Assembly: GCF_037042905.1 (NCBI RefSeq)
Contig: NC_087251.1
Span: 12,154,001 to 12,218,000, forward strand
From: Lytechinus pictus
Taxonomy: Eukaryota
Direction of reading: 5' to 3'
Length of the DNA stretch: 64,000 nt
Below are positions 50,320 to 64,000 of this stretch, piece after piece (within the stretch, counting starts at the first letter, position 1; the number at the start of each line of letters is the position of its first letter). Under the pieces are notes generated by a model. The model searched no databases. It saw only the letters and a program-made list of their open reading frames with translations, and was not told where the DNA came from. The position numbers and the translations under genes are program-made.

Positions 50320-50677
50320 AAGAAATAATAATAAATGATAGCATGTTTATAAATATCGCATTTCTCAGAACGGCTCAAAACGATTTACAGCATATTATTG
50401 TCCCATGATTCATTTCAATCCCGCATGAAAAGTGCACAATTTCCACATCTTGGGAAGCATTCCTTGCATTCATCGCAGCCTCGAAATGGCGCTTGCAAAT
50501 TCAAGCATCCAATAACTTTCGCATCCAACCGGGTACCCATTTAGCACCTGGGTCGAGAGTGGCAAGGTGTGCCGGCAATACGTCTTACCAAAGGACGGTA
50601 TATAGACCGCGGTGAGAATCGAACACACGACTCTCCGTTTACAAGGCGGGAGTCAGAACCACTATACGCCACGACTC
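50320..50677 (-). mobile_element. tRNA-derived SINE (second family)
   Basis: Minus strand: box A TGGCGTATAGTGG, box B GTTCGATTC, core CTCTCGACCCAGGTGCTAAATGGGTACCCGG, ATT-rich tail. Confidence 0.8.
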
Positions 50678-51233
50678 TTAAAAAAAGGCCTTCCTGAAAA
50701 AGTCGTGCACAGAACATGTTTCTCATAAACATAAAATATGAGCGCGAACTTCTTTCAAACATCAAGGACGAAAAGACCTAAGTATTTTTCGTAAAAATGA
50801 ATAGCGTGCACAATCTTCTTAATTAAAGTATTAAAAGCATGAAGAGCGAAATGAACCAATAATTTTAACAAATTGACCTAGCTGAAACACTGATATCTTC
50901 CCGTCTGTAAATTTCTTCACTCTTTTTCTTCTTTTCCACTCTTCTTTGCATTTATTCCATTTTTCCTTTTTACGCAGCCAATAGGGCGTAGAGATCGCAT
51001 TCGGCCTCCTGGAATTGCCCATTTACATTTTCTTTTTTAGTCTATATTTTAATTGGTACAAGAGGAGGCAAAGGCGATTAGACACTGGATTCACAAGTTC
51101 GTCCAAAAATTAAAACTGATATTTCTAATCTTACACATTTACAATCTTGGCCAATTATTTTCTGTTCATTATCGCGATTTTTTTTCCTACTTGATTCTAT
51201 TTCACCTCATTTCATTCATCTCCTTTGTTTATC

Positions 51234-51342
51234 CAGGGGCCGCGGAACGGTTTTCAAAGTGGGGGGGGGGGCTGAGCCAAAAGTGGGGGGGGGGGGCTGA
51301 AGCCCCCCAGCCCCCCCCCCCCCCCCGGTTCCGCGGCCCCTG
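51234..51342. mobile_element. Short CAGGGGCCGCGGAAC MITE
   Basis: Perfect 15-bp TIR. Confidence 0.75.
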
Positions 51343-51799
51343 TAATTCCTATTTCTTTTGTGCTGTTTGTATATCTCTTTAATACTGGGAGGGATAAGCC
51401 AGCAGCAGGGAGAGGAGGGCCGTATTAGCACGACATTCCCCCTTTGTTTTTCTTTTCCACCATATCATTATTTAAGTTTCCCTTTCCATTTTACTTATAT
51501 TTCTTCTGTTTGTACTTTTTTTAAAGGGGTAAGCAAGACCACCTCGCCCCTTGGTCTGCATGTGCCTGTCGAATGCAATTTGCATCCTAACTTCCCGTTT
51601 TCTTCCTCTTTTGTAATATATGTATTAATTTGTGGAAAAAACTATTAGAAAGTAATGTTATAAAGGGAGCCTCGACTTTGCTATTAACATATGCAGTCTT
51701 TTTAAAGTTACCTTAGATCCGAGATAATTTATTGTCATGTATAAAATGCACAAAATCTGCTTTCAAAAAGTGAATACTATTACACCGACAAACACAATT

Positions 51800-54100
51800 G
51801 TTTTTAGCCTACATATTTCAACAATCAAATAATGTGAGCGCAAAGCGCGAGCTGAATATTTCTTACATTCCCAGCTATATACAGGGCATTCTAAGCACCT
51901 TTTAAAATCACGAACAGGATAGGGGTATGACTATACACTTGATGTGATCGCGAAGCGCGAGCCGAAACGAAATTCGACATCTCACGTTTTGTAAATCATG
52001 AAAAGGATGGATAAGTGGATAAATGGATAACATTCCTACATTAATAATTTGATAATCTGATCTGAAACTGGAACAAGATTCGTATCTAAATAAATATGCG
52101 TGCGTGTGTTTAGATTCAAACCTAGAATCTGGACATTCTTATTACATTATTTATCATAATATCAATAATAAGAGCGCGATCCGCGAGCTAAAGATATTTG
52201 ATTTTCCGATCCCAAAAAAAAAGTTAATTTAAGCGCAATTACGAATTGGATATGGATCCTGCTTAATAAATGATGCGAGTCAAAGCGCAAGTTGATATTT
52301 TTATCAATACATATATTTCCAGTTGCGACCGGGAAATTTTAAGGACATTTTTGTTTTTGTCGAGAGATGAAACTTGTCGATATTCCGTTCTGAAAAAAAA
52401 ACCGGACAATGATTATTAGGAAATAATGAAAATATTATTATCTTACTTATTAATCTAATAAGCCCAATGAGGTCGCGAAATTAATATCAAGGTAAAAAAA
52501 CTGGATATTTGTAATCATGAAAAGGATGCATGGGTTAATATACTTTAAAGAATACTTTAAAAATAATGCGAGCGCAAATTGCAAGCCGAAAATTTTGATA
52601 AACTGTCAAGAAAGAGGAATTTAAAATAATTTGTTACAATTGATATAGGTATACATTACTCCCCAATGAAAATGCAAGTGCGCAGCTTTAGCTGATACTA
52701 TTCAGAATCAGATAAGCCTAAAAAGGGATATTTTTCAAAAAAATATGGAATACACGAAGAGAATAGTTACTTGACGAATTAAATAATGCTAGTGCGCAGC
52801 GCGAGCGGAAAATGTCGATATTTAGACCATAAAATATAGTCATTTTACAGAAAACTATAAAATATATTTGTAATTCAAACAAATTGAAAACTCAGTGTCC
52901 GAGAAATATTTCATATATTTACTTCAAAACTTGATATTTTAAGCTCAATATAAGCCTATTGAGCAAGTTATGTATATTATAGATTAGGCAATGTGAGCAC
53001 AAAGCGAGCGAAAATTTAAAATAGTGACATGAAATCCCCCCCCCCCCTCATCTTATTTTATTCACTCGTCTTACTCCTCTTATTTTCCCTCTTCATTTTC
53101 TATTCTCTTTTCTCTTCTTTTTCCTCTCTTTCCATTTTTTCTTGTTTGCTCGTTCCAAAAAGTGGGGGGGGGGGGGCATTTGATATCAAATTCCAAAAAG
53201 TGAGGGGATCGAAGCGTCTCCCTGTCCCCCAGGGATTTCCACCAATGTATGCAATTTGATTTGAAATAAAAGAAAACCCTACATCGTCTTTGTAGTCGAT
53301 TTTTTTTTTTTAATAGCGTACTTTCATGACGAATTAATTACTTACTAATAAATCGGATTTAATAAGAAAATCAATGTTTCTTTAAAAAAAACCGCACCCC
53401 AAACCCCAAATAACACCCCTAAATTAATTTAAAAAAAATATATGAACGATAATTTTCTTGGAGTATTCGCAATTTGTCCGAAAATTATTCTTATTGTCCT
53501 CGTCCTTAAATTTACCACTCGTGACGTTGTCCTAAATGTCTCCGGTTCTGTCCTAATACGATCTGCATGCTGTCCGCGCCGATAATCTTGTCCCAGGACA
53601 GTTCCAGGAATGTCCTACGACAATATGCAGACAGTCCTGGTCGTGTCCTAGGACAAGATCATTTGCATAATCTTTTACGGAATTTGGTTGCGGACAGCAT
53701 GCCGAAATGACAAAAGTAGCTTCCGCAACCCTTCCTGGTCTTGTCCGCGCCCTAGTGGAAAACCGCCTTAAAAAACAAGCTGTGTGTCTCGAACAATTAA
53801 ATGTGAGCGCGAAGCACGAGCTTAATTTTTTGTATATTGACATGATAAAGGAGCATTTTGACAAATTTTGGAAAGAATTTCCAAAGAGGATAGGTATCTC
53901 ACAAATCAAACAATGCGAGTGCGCAGCGCGAGCTGGAAACTTTTATATAACAATTTGTGTAAATCAAACAAAATAATGAAAGCTTGAGGTGCGAGCTAAA
54001 ACATTGTGTGCAAATTGATTTCAGAACTGGATATATGAAATGTCATTTAATTCTCTTGAATGGGAATCATTACAAAGGCAATGTGAGCGCGAAGCGCGAG
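51800..54100 (-). repeat. Diverged hAT-like internal sequence with GCGAGCGCGAAGCGCGAGC subrepeats, interrupted near 53250..53770
   Basis: Recurrent motif; similar to 57990..58801 and 41459..42005. Confidence 0.5.
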
Positions 54101-54286
54101 CCACTTCCATTCACGAGTGGATACCATGCGCGACCATGGGGTCTCGAAAAGCACCCTAAACAGTCACGTATTTTCCATATTCTGAAAATGCGCCCCTTAA
54201 CAAGTATTGGCGCGTGAAACCCTACCCTTAGCAAGAATTGGTAACAAAACGATACTCTTGGCAAATGTTCCCTGAAATGAACCCCT

Positions 54287-55824
54287 AAACAAGTACAGGA
54301 ATGTTTTATTGTTACGGGTCCTTCGGTCGTCGGCTTTACCTTATTTGGTTTAGTACGACCCCACCTTCTACACCTCGCGAAAATCGTGACTCTAAATACG
54401 AAGTGTTGGGGCAAAAAGGACATCCTTTATAAAACATTTTAATTTTGTTTTATCATCCCCGCGAATTCGACCCTAAACACGTAATTTTCCTAGCGAAATA
54501 GATACCCTTTTTTCATTATTTTTGTGTTTTTGACACCCTTATCACGTTACGTACATAACGTGCCCTATCGTGAAAAAGACATCCTTTTTACGTGTTTTTT
54601 TTTTGGTCGCGCATGGTATCCACTCGTCAATGTAAGTGCCCCCCCCCCCCCGCGGGGTTCAAACAAGGACAGAAAATGAGCTATGCCTATATTATACGAA
54701 TCGCTTCATATTTATCCTCCTAAACATTCAGAATCCATGTCATATTCATCATAATCTCTAGATTTATAGAGAAAAAACAGCAAAAATATTGCTCTACAAT
54801 TCTAAAAAGAAGGGTATATACATGTATATATTATTTTAATTATACGAACCAAAAGTCCAGTTTTCTGTCTTATAATTTACTGTGAAAATCACAAGAATTT
54901 GATTTTTAAAAAAATAGGTAGGCCTGCATGTACAATTTTTTTTAATTAAAAAAGAAACAAAAATAGAATGGACAAGAAAGGAAGAATATAAAAGAGAAAA
55001 GAAAAATATATTAAAAAAAAAAAGAAGAAAATAAAGGAGAAAAACAACGTAAAGGAAAACAAGTACAGGAATGTTTTATTGTTACGGGTCCTTCGGTCGT
55101 CGGCTTTACCTTATTTGGTTTAGTACGACCCCACCTTCTACACCTCGCGAAAATCGTGACTCTAAATACGAAGTGTTGGGGCAAAAAGGACATCCTTTAT
55201 AAAACATTTTAATTTTGTTTTATCATCCCCGCGAATTCGACCCTAAACACGTAATTTTCCTAGCGAAATAGATACCCTTTTTTCATTATTTTTGTGTTTT
55301 TGACACCCTTATCACGTTACGTACATAACGTGCCCTATCGTGAAAAAGACATCCTTTTTACGTGTTTTTTTTTTTGGTCGCGCATGGTATGCACTCGTCA
55401 ATGTAAGTGCCCCCCCCCCCGCGGGGTTCAAACAAGGACAGAAAATGAGCTATGCCTATATTATACGAATCGCTTCATATTTATCCTCCTAAACATTCAG
55501 AATCCATGTCATATTCATCATAATCTCTAGATTTATAGAGAAAAAACAGCAAAAATATTGCTCTACAATTCTAAAAAGAAGGGTATATACATGTATATAT
55601 TATTTTAATTATACGAACCAAAAGTCCAGTTTTCTGTCTTATAATTTACTGTGAAAATCACAAGAATTTGATTTAAAAAAAAATAGGTAGGCCTGTACAA
55701 TTTTTCTTTTAATTAAAAAAGAAACAAAAATAGAATGGACAAGAAAGGAAGAATATAAAAGAGAAAAGAAAAATATATTAAAAAAAAAGAAGAAAAGAAA
55801 GGAGAAAAACAACGTAAAGGAAAA
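54287..55824. repeat. Near-identical 770-bp tandem duplication
   Basis: AAACAAGTACAGGAATG starts at 54287 and at 55057; both copies end ...AACGTAAAGGAAAA. Confidence 0.95.
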
Positions 55825-56151
55825 GGAAAAGTGTTTAAACAAGGACAAAAAAATGAGCTATATGCCTGTATTGTCTTGAAAATGATTTTTTTAATAAGAT
55901 GACTGAGACACGTACTGCACTGGGCCATGTTAAACCAAGAAAAGAATATAAACCAACAAAATTCTACTTTTAGCGACAGATCGACCGACTGAAATGTGGA
56001 TGAAAATATTTTCTGATTCTCCCTTCTTTTCCCCCTTTTCGCGAAGGGTGCATGGATCCTCCCCTGTATAACATACCCCCACGACTCTCCCTCCTTCCAC
56101 CCCCCCCCCCCCCCTTTGGCGAAAGCTGGATACTCCCCTGTACCCCCTCCC

Positions 56152-56448
56152 CCGTATCCACAAACATTATCCCAGCTGCCCGTATCCTCGTATCCACGTA
56201 TCCGCGTATCTTCGTATCCATGTATCCAGTTATCAGTACGGTAGTAGTATCCACGTATCCGCGTATCCACGTATCCTCGTATCCATGTATCCAGTTATCA
56301 GTACGGTAGTAGTATCCACGTATCCGCGTATCCACGTATCTTCGTATCCATGTATCCATTTATCAGTACGGTAGTAGTATCCACGTATCCCAGTATCCAC
56401 GTATCCTCGTATCCATGTGTATCCACGTATCTTAGTATCCATGTATCC
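56152..56448 (-). repeat. Inverted GGATAC-type minisatellite with ~60-bp higher-order units
   Basis: GTATCCAC / GTATCCGC units interleaved with TTATCAGTACGGTAGTA. Confidence 0.9.
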
Positions 56449-56900
56449 GCTTTTATCTCAAAAACGTAATTTCTAAAAAAGTTAACAAGTACCGGTACGT
56501 CGTATCCGTTGTTTTCTCGTTTTAAAATCTAGAGATTTTTGTAATCGATTCATGACATTGGATTCTAAAGGTAAGCCGAATGATTCTTGTTTCGGGATAG
56601 ATCTAATTATTGTAGAGTTTATCGATAGGGACAGCATAGATTTTGGAGATTTCATTCATAGTCCGTGAGTCGAAATTGTCGGTGTCACTGTATCGTACTC
56701 ACTGACTGTGCGACTTGTCGCAACAGCGTCGAGCGGTAGCGAAAGTGTACGTGTAGCGGCGCTGATATGCGAATCTGATCGCATATATGCATGCACGCGC
56801 ACGGCCACGGCATCGTAGTACTAAGTAAATGTCATCATCATCATCATCATCCGTTAAAGTACAGTCCACCAGGTTGGTGGACTGTCACCAACACCTAGTA

Positions 56901-57523
56901 CCGTATGGGTACTAGTATTCAACCCGGCATAATTCAAAGATTTTGACATATTCCCCAAAATATCTAGAAATAGGGAATTTATCTTAATTTCATACCTTTG
57001 TTATTTCCAGGGTAATCTGTTGTCAGTATTTTCTTTATCAATCTGTCGACTGTGTGCGCAGAGGATCGAATTATGCGGCGATGGCCTTTTGCACTGAATG
57101 GTACTAGTATTCAACCTAGTGAGGATTGATAGCAAATCTTAAAAAGGTCTAGATTGCTAAATTAGATCTAGATCTATGTAAGTCTCTGGCTTTGATTAAT
57201 TCCCTGTTTGGTCTCATCTCAAATGGTCTAGTCCATAGTCGGATGGGACAAGGGCAGATTGAGAGACAGGACCATCTTTCATCACTATAAAGACACTAGG
57301 TTGAATACTAGTACCGACGGATTGAATACTAGTACCAAAAACCGTCGCCGTAAAATTCGATCGCCCGCGCACGCAGTTGACGGGTTGAAGAAAAAAATAA
57401 CGGGAAAAAGAATAACCAGCATTTGCTCTTTGAAATAAGACAGGTCTGAAATTCAGGTAAATTCCATATTTCTGTATATTTGAAGAAACTCTCCAAACAG
57501 GTTGAATACTAGTACCCTTACGG
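56901..57523. mobile_element. Tc1/mariner-pogo-type MITE with TA TSD
   Basis: TA|CCGTATGGGTACTAGTATTCAACC...GGTTGAATACTAGTACCCTTACGG|TA; the empty site is present in the paralogous copy at ~60617. Confidence 0.9.
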
Positions 57524-57989
57524 TATACCCAGTTGTATGTCACCATCATGTATGTCACCATCAGTATGTCACCATCATCTAGTAGGATGGGGGATCGGGT
57601 GTCCGGACACTTTATATTTTTGAAGCCTTCTTTTTTGTCTTTGGATTACACTAAAAATATGAATTCAATACTTGTAATCATCTTCTATTTTGTTCTTTAT
57701 AATATTTCCTAACATTTTGTACTAAAAATTTATGAAACTTCGCTTTCAAATTTTTCCAAATGACTTTCTAAAATTGATCGTCCGGACACACAACCTGTCC
57801 GGACACACAACAACTATTTCATATTTCCGATCTGAAAAAGTCAATTTCAGCTCTATATTTCAAGCAGTTTGTAGGAAAATTGTGAGGTGGATATGGCTCG
57901 AACTTAATAAAGAGCTGATATTTTTCATTATCATTACTTCAAGTTTTGACATTGGACCGGGACATCCTTAGGACCTATCATTATATGAA

Positions 57990-58801
57990 ATTGATGACTA
58001 TCTTCCTATTCCTCTTGCTAAGCGCAAGATGAAACAAAAGGGACAGTGTAATTATTAAATCTTATTTATTAATGCCTAATGAGAGTGAGAAATCTGATGA
58101 TATTTATGGCCTGAAAACTGGACATTTCAAGCACTTTTGTAATTAGGAATACGATGCATCAGTTAATCTATTTTTAAAAATTAATGCGAGCGCAAAGCGC
58201 GAGCCAAATCTTTTGATAAACTATATTGAAAAGGGGATTTTACGTAGTTTGTTGTATAATAAATATTGAGACATACATAACTCGCCAATCAAAATGCGTG
58301 CATTTATCGCTATCTGATACGTTTTGACAATTAGACATGAAAAAGGGATATTTTGAAATCTAAATGGAATACACGAAAATGATAGGTACCTGATAAATCA
58401 AAATTTGCGAGCGCGCAGGGCGAGCCGAAATTTTAATATTCAGACCATAAAACTTTCATTTTTAAAGAGCACTTTTTAAAAATTGTAAGAAACCACACAA
58501 AATAATGAAAGTTCGATTTCCGAGGTGAAATATATATTGACTTCCAAACTTGATATTTAAGCTCCATATTGAAAGAGATATGTAAATCACCTAACAGGGA
58601 ATGCGAGCACGATCGAAAATTTTAGTGACATGAAAGATTCTTTTTATTTTCCAAGTCTTCCCCTCATCTTATTTTATTCACTCGTCTTCCTTCTCTTCTT
58701 TTTTCCCCTCTCTTTTCCCTCCTTTTTTTCTTTCTTTCCTTTTTCTTCTTTTTTTGCTCCGCCAATAGGGGGGGGGGGGGACCCCCCTGGATCCGCCTAT
58801 G
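57990..58801 (-). mobile_element. hAT-like element fragment ending CCCCCTGGATCCGCCTATG
   Basis: Uninterrupted counterpart of the split element at 31088..42005. Confidence 0.7.
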
Positions 58802-59202
58802 CCTAATGAATATTCATGACGACTAGTTTAAAAAAATATTGCTAAACTTTCAAATTTAATAATTTTGCTGTTATCAGAATTTGATAACATTTTAGTGAAT
58901 TCTACTTTAGACATTTTCAGCCCGGTGTTACGTCTGCGGCCATAAAACTAATATCTATATCTGGTCGTAGCCGCGTTTTCCTCCTTTTGACAAGCACTTT
59001 TTGGCACAAAGCATATAAAGCCTTTTTTTTGGAATATATGGTTTCATAAATTCGTTCAGTGACGGAGTCTGGTCATTAGGTAATGTAAGAATTTTCTCCT
59101 TTAAAAATAGATATGTTCGACAACTCTTCGGTTGTGAAATCGATATAATATAGGCTAGGCCTGTAAATCATGTCAAGTGCGCTGGGCAAGATTATGCCTA
59201 CC

Positions 59203-59814
59203 TGAAAGGTCAAGTCCACCCCAGAAAAAAAAAATTGTTTGATAGAGAAAATCAAACAAACAAAATTAACGCTGAAAACTTCATCAAAATCGGATGTAAA
59301 ATAAGAAAGTTATGACATTTTAAAGTTTCGCTGATTTTGAAAAACAGTTATATATGCTCAATACTATGATATGCAATATAAGAGTCAATGATGTCACTCA
59401 CTAATTATTTTTGTTTTGTTTTTATTGCTTGAATTATATATCATTTCAGCTTTTACAGATTTGAAAATTAGGACCCTATATTGTCTGAACCAGATAATGT
59501 TAAAACAATTTAATTATACATCTTCGGGTAGGAATGCAACTTTATTTCACATGACAATGGGGAGAAAATGAGAATATTTCATATTTCATAATAATAAAGT
59601 ACAAAAAAATAGTGATTGGGTTATGTCATCAGTCATCCAATTTGCATGCCAACTAAGATGTGCATATAACTGTTTTGTGAAATTTAGCGAAACTTTAAAA
59701 TGTCATAATATTCTTATGTTGGCTCCGATTTTGATGAAATTTTCAGTGGTATGCTTGTTTTATTTTTCTCTTTCTATTCAATCAGCTTTTTGTTTGGGTG
59801 GCCTTGTTCTTGAA
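59203..59814. mobile_element. Older T2/Kolobok-type MITE (AGGTCAAGTCCACCC end); fragment also at ~48525..48680
   Basis: Degenerate TTAA-AGG termini; internal inverted TTCATCAAAATCGGA..AGAAAGTTATGACATTT. Confidence 0.6.
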
Positions 59815-61710
59815 CGGTGCATGGCTCAGGGGAAGTTGTGCAAAAAAATTATGAATTCAGAAAGAAAAAAAAATCAGTGGCTACATGATCCATGACGGGG
59901 CGCAATGCCGCTCCATACCGGGCCCCCTGGGTAGGTAATTTGCACACTTGGGATATAATTACATTTACAATTTTGAGGGTGTTGTTGTCATAGGGGTGCA
60001 TGGGCACGGGCAGGATGTGCCCCCTGGATCCGCCAGTGATTCGTAAGCTCCCACCACAATATAATAAATCACACACAAACCAGAATAGGGGTACAAAATT
60101 TAATCAACATTATAGGCCTACACGATTCATAAAATGAAAGATGTAATCCAAGGCTATAATGAATACTATTGTAGACTTATAAGTATTTGTCCTGTAAGCC
60201 CATGAATATATATCAACTTGAAATGGATCAATTAAAACTACCGCGTCTTGTCTTAGTATAAGCGAAAAAAAATTATAAGCATAAAACAAAGTCATAATTA
60301 CAAACATTACAACTGTTTGGACAATAAAAGGCCTAGGCATAGGCCTACAAACTATAACAGTCCCGTTGAGTATCGTGATGTTGTTCAAATTCAATTGCAA
60401 ATTTTACACTACGTTCTAACATGCAGGGGCCGCGGAACCGAGATGGCATCATCGTCGAGCGGTAGCGAAAGTGTACGTGTAGCGGCGCTGATATGCGAAT
60501 CGGATCGCATATGCATGCACGCGCACGGCCACGGCATCGCTCTAATAAGTAAATGTCATCATCATCATCCGTTAAAGTACAGTCCACCAGGTTGGTGGAC
60601 TGTCACCAACACCTAGTATACCCAGTTGTATGTCACCATCATGTATGTCACCATCAGTATGTCACCATCATCTAGTAGTAGTACTACTAAGTATTAGTAG
60701 TATACCGGTACCCAGTTGTTGTGTGTCCGGACGATCAATTTTAGAAAGTCATTTGGAAAAATTTACAAGCGAAGTTTCATCAATTTTTAGTACAAAATAT
60801 TAGGAAATATTATAGAGAACAAAATAGAAGAAGATTACTTCCATTGAATTCATATTTTTAGTGTAATCCTAAGACAAAAAAGAAGGCTTCAAAAATATAA
60901 AGTGTCCGGACACCCGACCCCCCATCCTACAGGAAGAAGGCGGTGGCCTGTAAGTGTAATTCCCGGTCACTCCATCTATGGTTTTAGTCTGGTGAATTTA
61001 TGTACGCATGCTGAGGAGTGGTAGTCATGGTAGATCAAAGAGATGATCCCACCAATATTTATCTACATAGTACATGCCTTTTAAATGATTCTGTTGTTGG
61101 CAAGACGACTATACTTTCACTTAAGTTCAGGGAGGCTATTCCAATCATCTATCACTCTTCTGCTAAAAGACTTGCTGTGAACGTCCAGTCTACAGTACCG
61201 GTACCGGTACTCTTTCTGTCGATTACAAAATCTTAACTAAAGTAGACATACCAGTAGTCAGGCAGCATATGTCATGATTTACCGGCTACTTCGACAAATT
61301 GGCTAAGTCTGATTTTTCACTGTTATGTGATTGGTGACATCACAAGGAACAACTTTCAACTTGGTGACAAATTTCTAATGGTCATCTTGACCATGTTAGG
61401 GGTCAAAATAAGGTCAATAGGGGTCAATTTTTTAAATTGCCCCAATTCTGTCGAGTGACACATCAAATTGTTTGTCTTGTTATACTGAACAAAAAAGTGT
61501 ACATAACCATATACTCTTGACCTTCCGTTACAAAGTTATGACCGGCAATGTCAAAGGTCAACGGACTTTCGTTAAATGGCAAATTCCACTGAAGGTGTTA
61601 AGGAAGCTCATTTTTTCCGTGTTTTTATGCATGTGTGTACTTTTTATTTTCGTTTTGATAAGTCCATCGTCAAAAGTCCTTATCCAGAAGATATAAAGGG
61701 TCAAGACAAG

Positions 61711-64000
61711 GTCAGGGAAAGGTGAAAAGGTCAACAAACTTTCATTGGAAGCCAAAATACACGTCTAAAAGCTGTTAGAAGTTTAGAAGTCTTATTTTTC
61801 GTGGGTTCTTTATTTTGAAAAGTCTATATCTAAGAAGATATTTATATAAAGGGGTCAAATGTGCTTATTTAGGAACAAAATAGATAAACAGAGATAGACG
61901 TTGAATACAGTCAGTGTGGTATCATCGTATTGCAGGAATACCTTGAAACGACTTCATGACAAACCCTTATGCCCTTAAAATCTTATCATCTTCATGGTGT
62001 GATAATTAAGTGCAACCAGGGAGTTTTATTTTTTAGAAATTCAATTCAAGTTCAATTCATTTTCAATTTACTAGTCTTTGATATGTAAAGAAGTATTTCC
62101 TTCATTTGCTTTGGACAGAATATTCTAATTAACAGAAATTATTGTAATGTATTGGGGTATAAGTATAATACTATGTTAACAGAATAAACACATCGATTGA
62201 TCAGTGCTCCCAGCTCCTAAGAAAGTTGCCTAACATTTCATTTGGATTATCTTACGAATAAGATGCTTGATCTCTGGAGCCAAGAAGGACTACACATTTC
62301 TGATGCATGTGCTGTTCTGAGTTTACCATTGGGGCCCTTTTGCATTTTGTAAAGTGAAATTTAAGGATTTCGTGCATACTTTTGGTCAATTTTATTTATT
62401 TTTCAGTAAAAATGCAAGTCTTCACAATTTCTGGGGGCAGCTGCCCCCCCCCCCCTTCCCGCTGCGGTATGGCCGTGGTTTACTTCGATGACATATGTGA
62501 TTATTCTTTCTAGTAACATCCAGGTAGTTCAGCAAGTAGGAAAAAACAAGAACGACAAAAGAACAAAAACAAAATCTGCATCTACAATGTAGCATCTATG
62601 CACATCACTATCGTGAAAACTGGTATTAAGTTTAGTTTTACGTTGTATATGCTCTGGAAAAAACACACTTGATAAAATAGTGCAAGCCGTGTTAAAGGGA
62701 TGGTCCGGGCTGAAAATATTTATATCTTAATACATAGAGTAGAATTTACTGAGCAAAATGCCGAATATTTCATCAAAATCGGATAACAAATAATAAAGTT
62801 ATTGAAGTTTAAAGTTAAGCAATATTTTGTGAAAACAGTCGTCATGAATATTTATTAGGTGGGCTGATGATGTCACATCTCCACTTGCCGTTTTCTTATG
62901 TTATTACATAAAATCATAATTTTTTCATTATTTCATACTTGTGTGAATAATATGTCTCCCTTATAATGAAATAAGTTGCAGCAATAAATATCTAATGCAC
63001 TAAATCAGTTGTCAATCCAATTTTTCTAGTTCTTGGAGGAAAAAATTTGAATAAACCTAATTTCATGTAATAAAATACAAAAGAACAAGTGGGGATGTGA
63101 CATCATCAGCCCACCTAATGAATATTCATGACGACTGTTTTCACAAAATATTGCTAAACTTTGAAATTCAATAACTTTGTTATTTGTTATCCGATTTTGA
63201 TGAAATTTTCGGCATTTTGCTCAGTAAATTCTACGCTATTTATTAAGCTATAAATACTTTCAGCCCGGACCATCCCTTTAATGTCAGCACATAATCAGGA
63301 ATGAGTTGCCTTCTTGGCTCCAGAGATCGAGTAATGGTCAGAATATATCACATCAGCATGATAGACACACATGACTGACTACAAACAGCATGCTTGCACG
63401 ATGTTGCCTCTTTGTCAGACTTATCAACTTATCATATCATCCTCAATCCTAACCTCATTATCTTATTCGTAAGTTAATCCAAATAAGATATTAGGCATCT
63501 TTCTTAGGAGCTGGGAGCACTGATCAATCGATGTGTCTGTTAACATAGTGCACATATATACCCCAATACATTACAATACTTTCTGTTGATTAAAATATTA
63601 TGTACAAAGCAAATGGATGAAATGAATCTTTGCAAATCAAAGACTAGTAAATTGAAAATGAATTGAACTTGAATTGAATTTCTAAATCAAGAAACTCGGA
63701 AAGAGCTGGTTGCACTTATAACATCATGAAGATGGTACAACTTTTAAGGGCATTAGGGTTTGTCAAGTCGTTTCAAGGCATTCCTGCAATACCATGATAC
63801 CCCACTGAATGTATTCGACGTCTATCTCTGTTTATCTATTTTGTTCCTAAATAAGCACATTTAACCCCTTTATATATAATGTCTTCTTAGATATAAACTT
63901 TTCAAAATAAAGAACCCACGAAAAATAAGACTTCTAAACTTCTAACGGCTTTTAGACGTGTATATTTTGGCTTCCAATGAATTTTGACCTTTCCCTGACC
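61711..64000. repeat. Long imperfect inverted repeat (arms 61711..~62320 and ~63283..64000), probably a fold-back element extending past the window
   Basis: For example TTAGAAGTTTAGAAGTCTTATTTTTCGTGGGTTCTT pairs with AAGAACCCACGAAAAATAAGACTTCTAAACTTCTAA. Confidence 0.85.
62692..63281. mobile_element. Full palindromic T2/Kolobok-type MITE
   Basis: TTAA|AGGGATGGTCCGGGCTGAAA...TTTCAGCCCGGACCATCCCT|TTAA. Confidence 0.9.

Larger units (their letters stand above)
57582..60930. mobile_element. Element with ~220-bp TIRs (GTAGGATGGGGG..TGTCCGGACA) carrying nested repeats
   Basis: 57582..~57815 is the reverse complement of ~60712..60930. Confidence 0.8.

Overview
This is AT-rich eukaryotic DNA made up almost entirely of repeats. 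The repeat types (poly-G/C-tracted TIR elements, TTAA-AGG MITEs, tRNA-SINEs, CR1/L2-like LINE) suggest a marine invertebrate, probably a sea urchin; that assignment is inference. I recognise no host protein-coding gene. The standout is an 8.8-kb element at 4867..13656 with Polinton/Maverick hallmarks (AGTAGT...ACTACT termini, perfect 6-bp TGAAAT target-site duplication) but none of the pPolB, integrase, ATPase, protease or capsid genes. It is instead a near-perfect ~7-kb fold-back palindrome, carrying two divergent copies of a C2H2 zinc-finger/acidic gene around a decamer array, followed by two extra tandem copies of the right terminus. This resembles an integrated snap-back/defective-interfering genome, and it sits inside a hAT-type element whose own 8-bp TSD is intact. 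The rest of the window holds deeply nested non-autonomous DNA transposons (up to about five levels), two tRNA-derived SINEs, a split degenerate LINE, a hammerhead-like motif, minisatellites, local duplications and weak spliced-lncRNA candidates.
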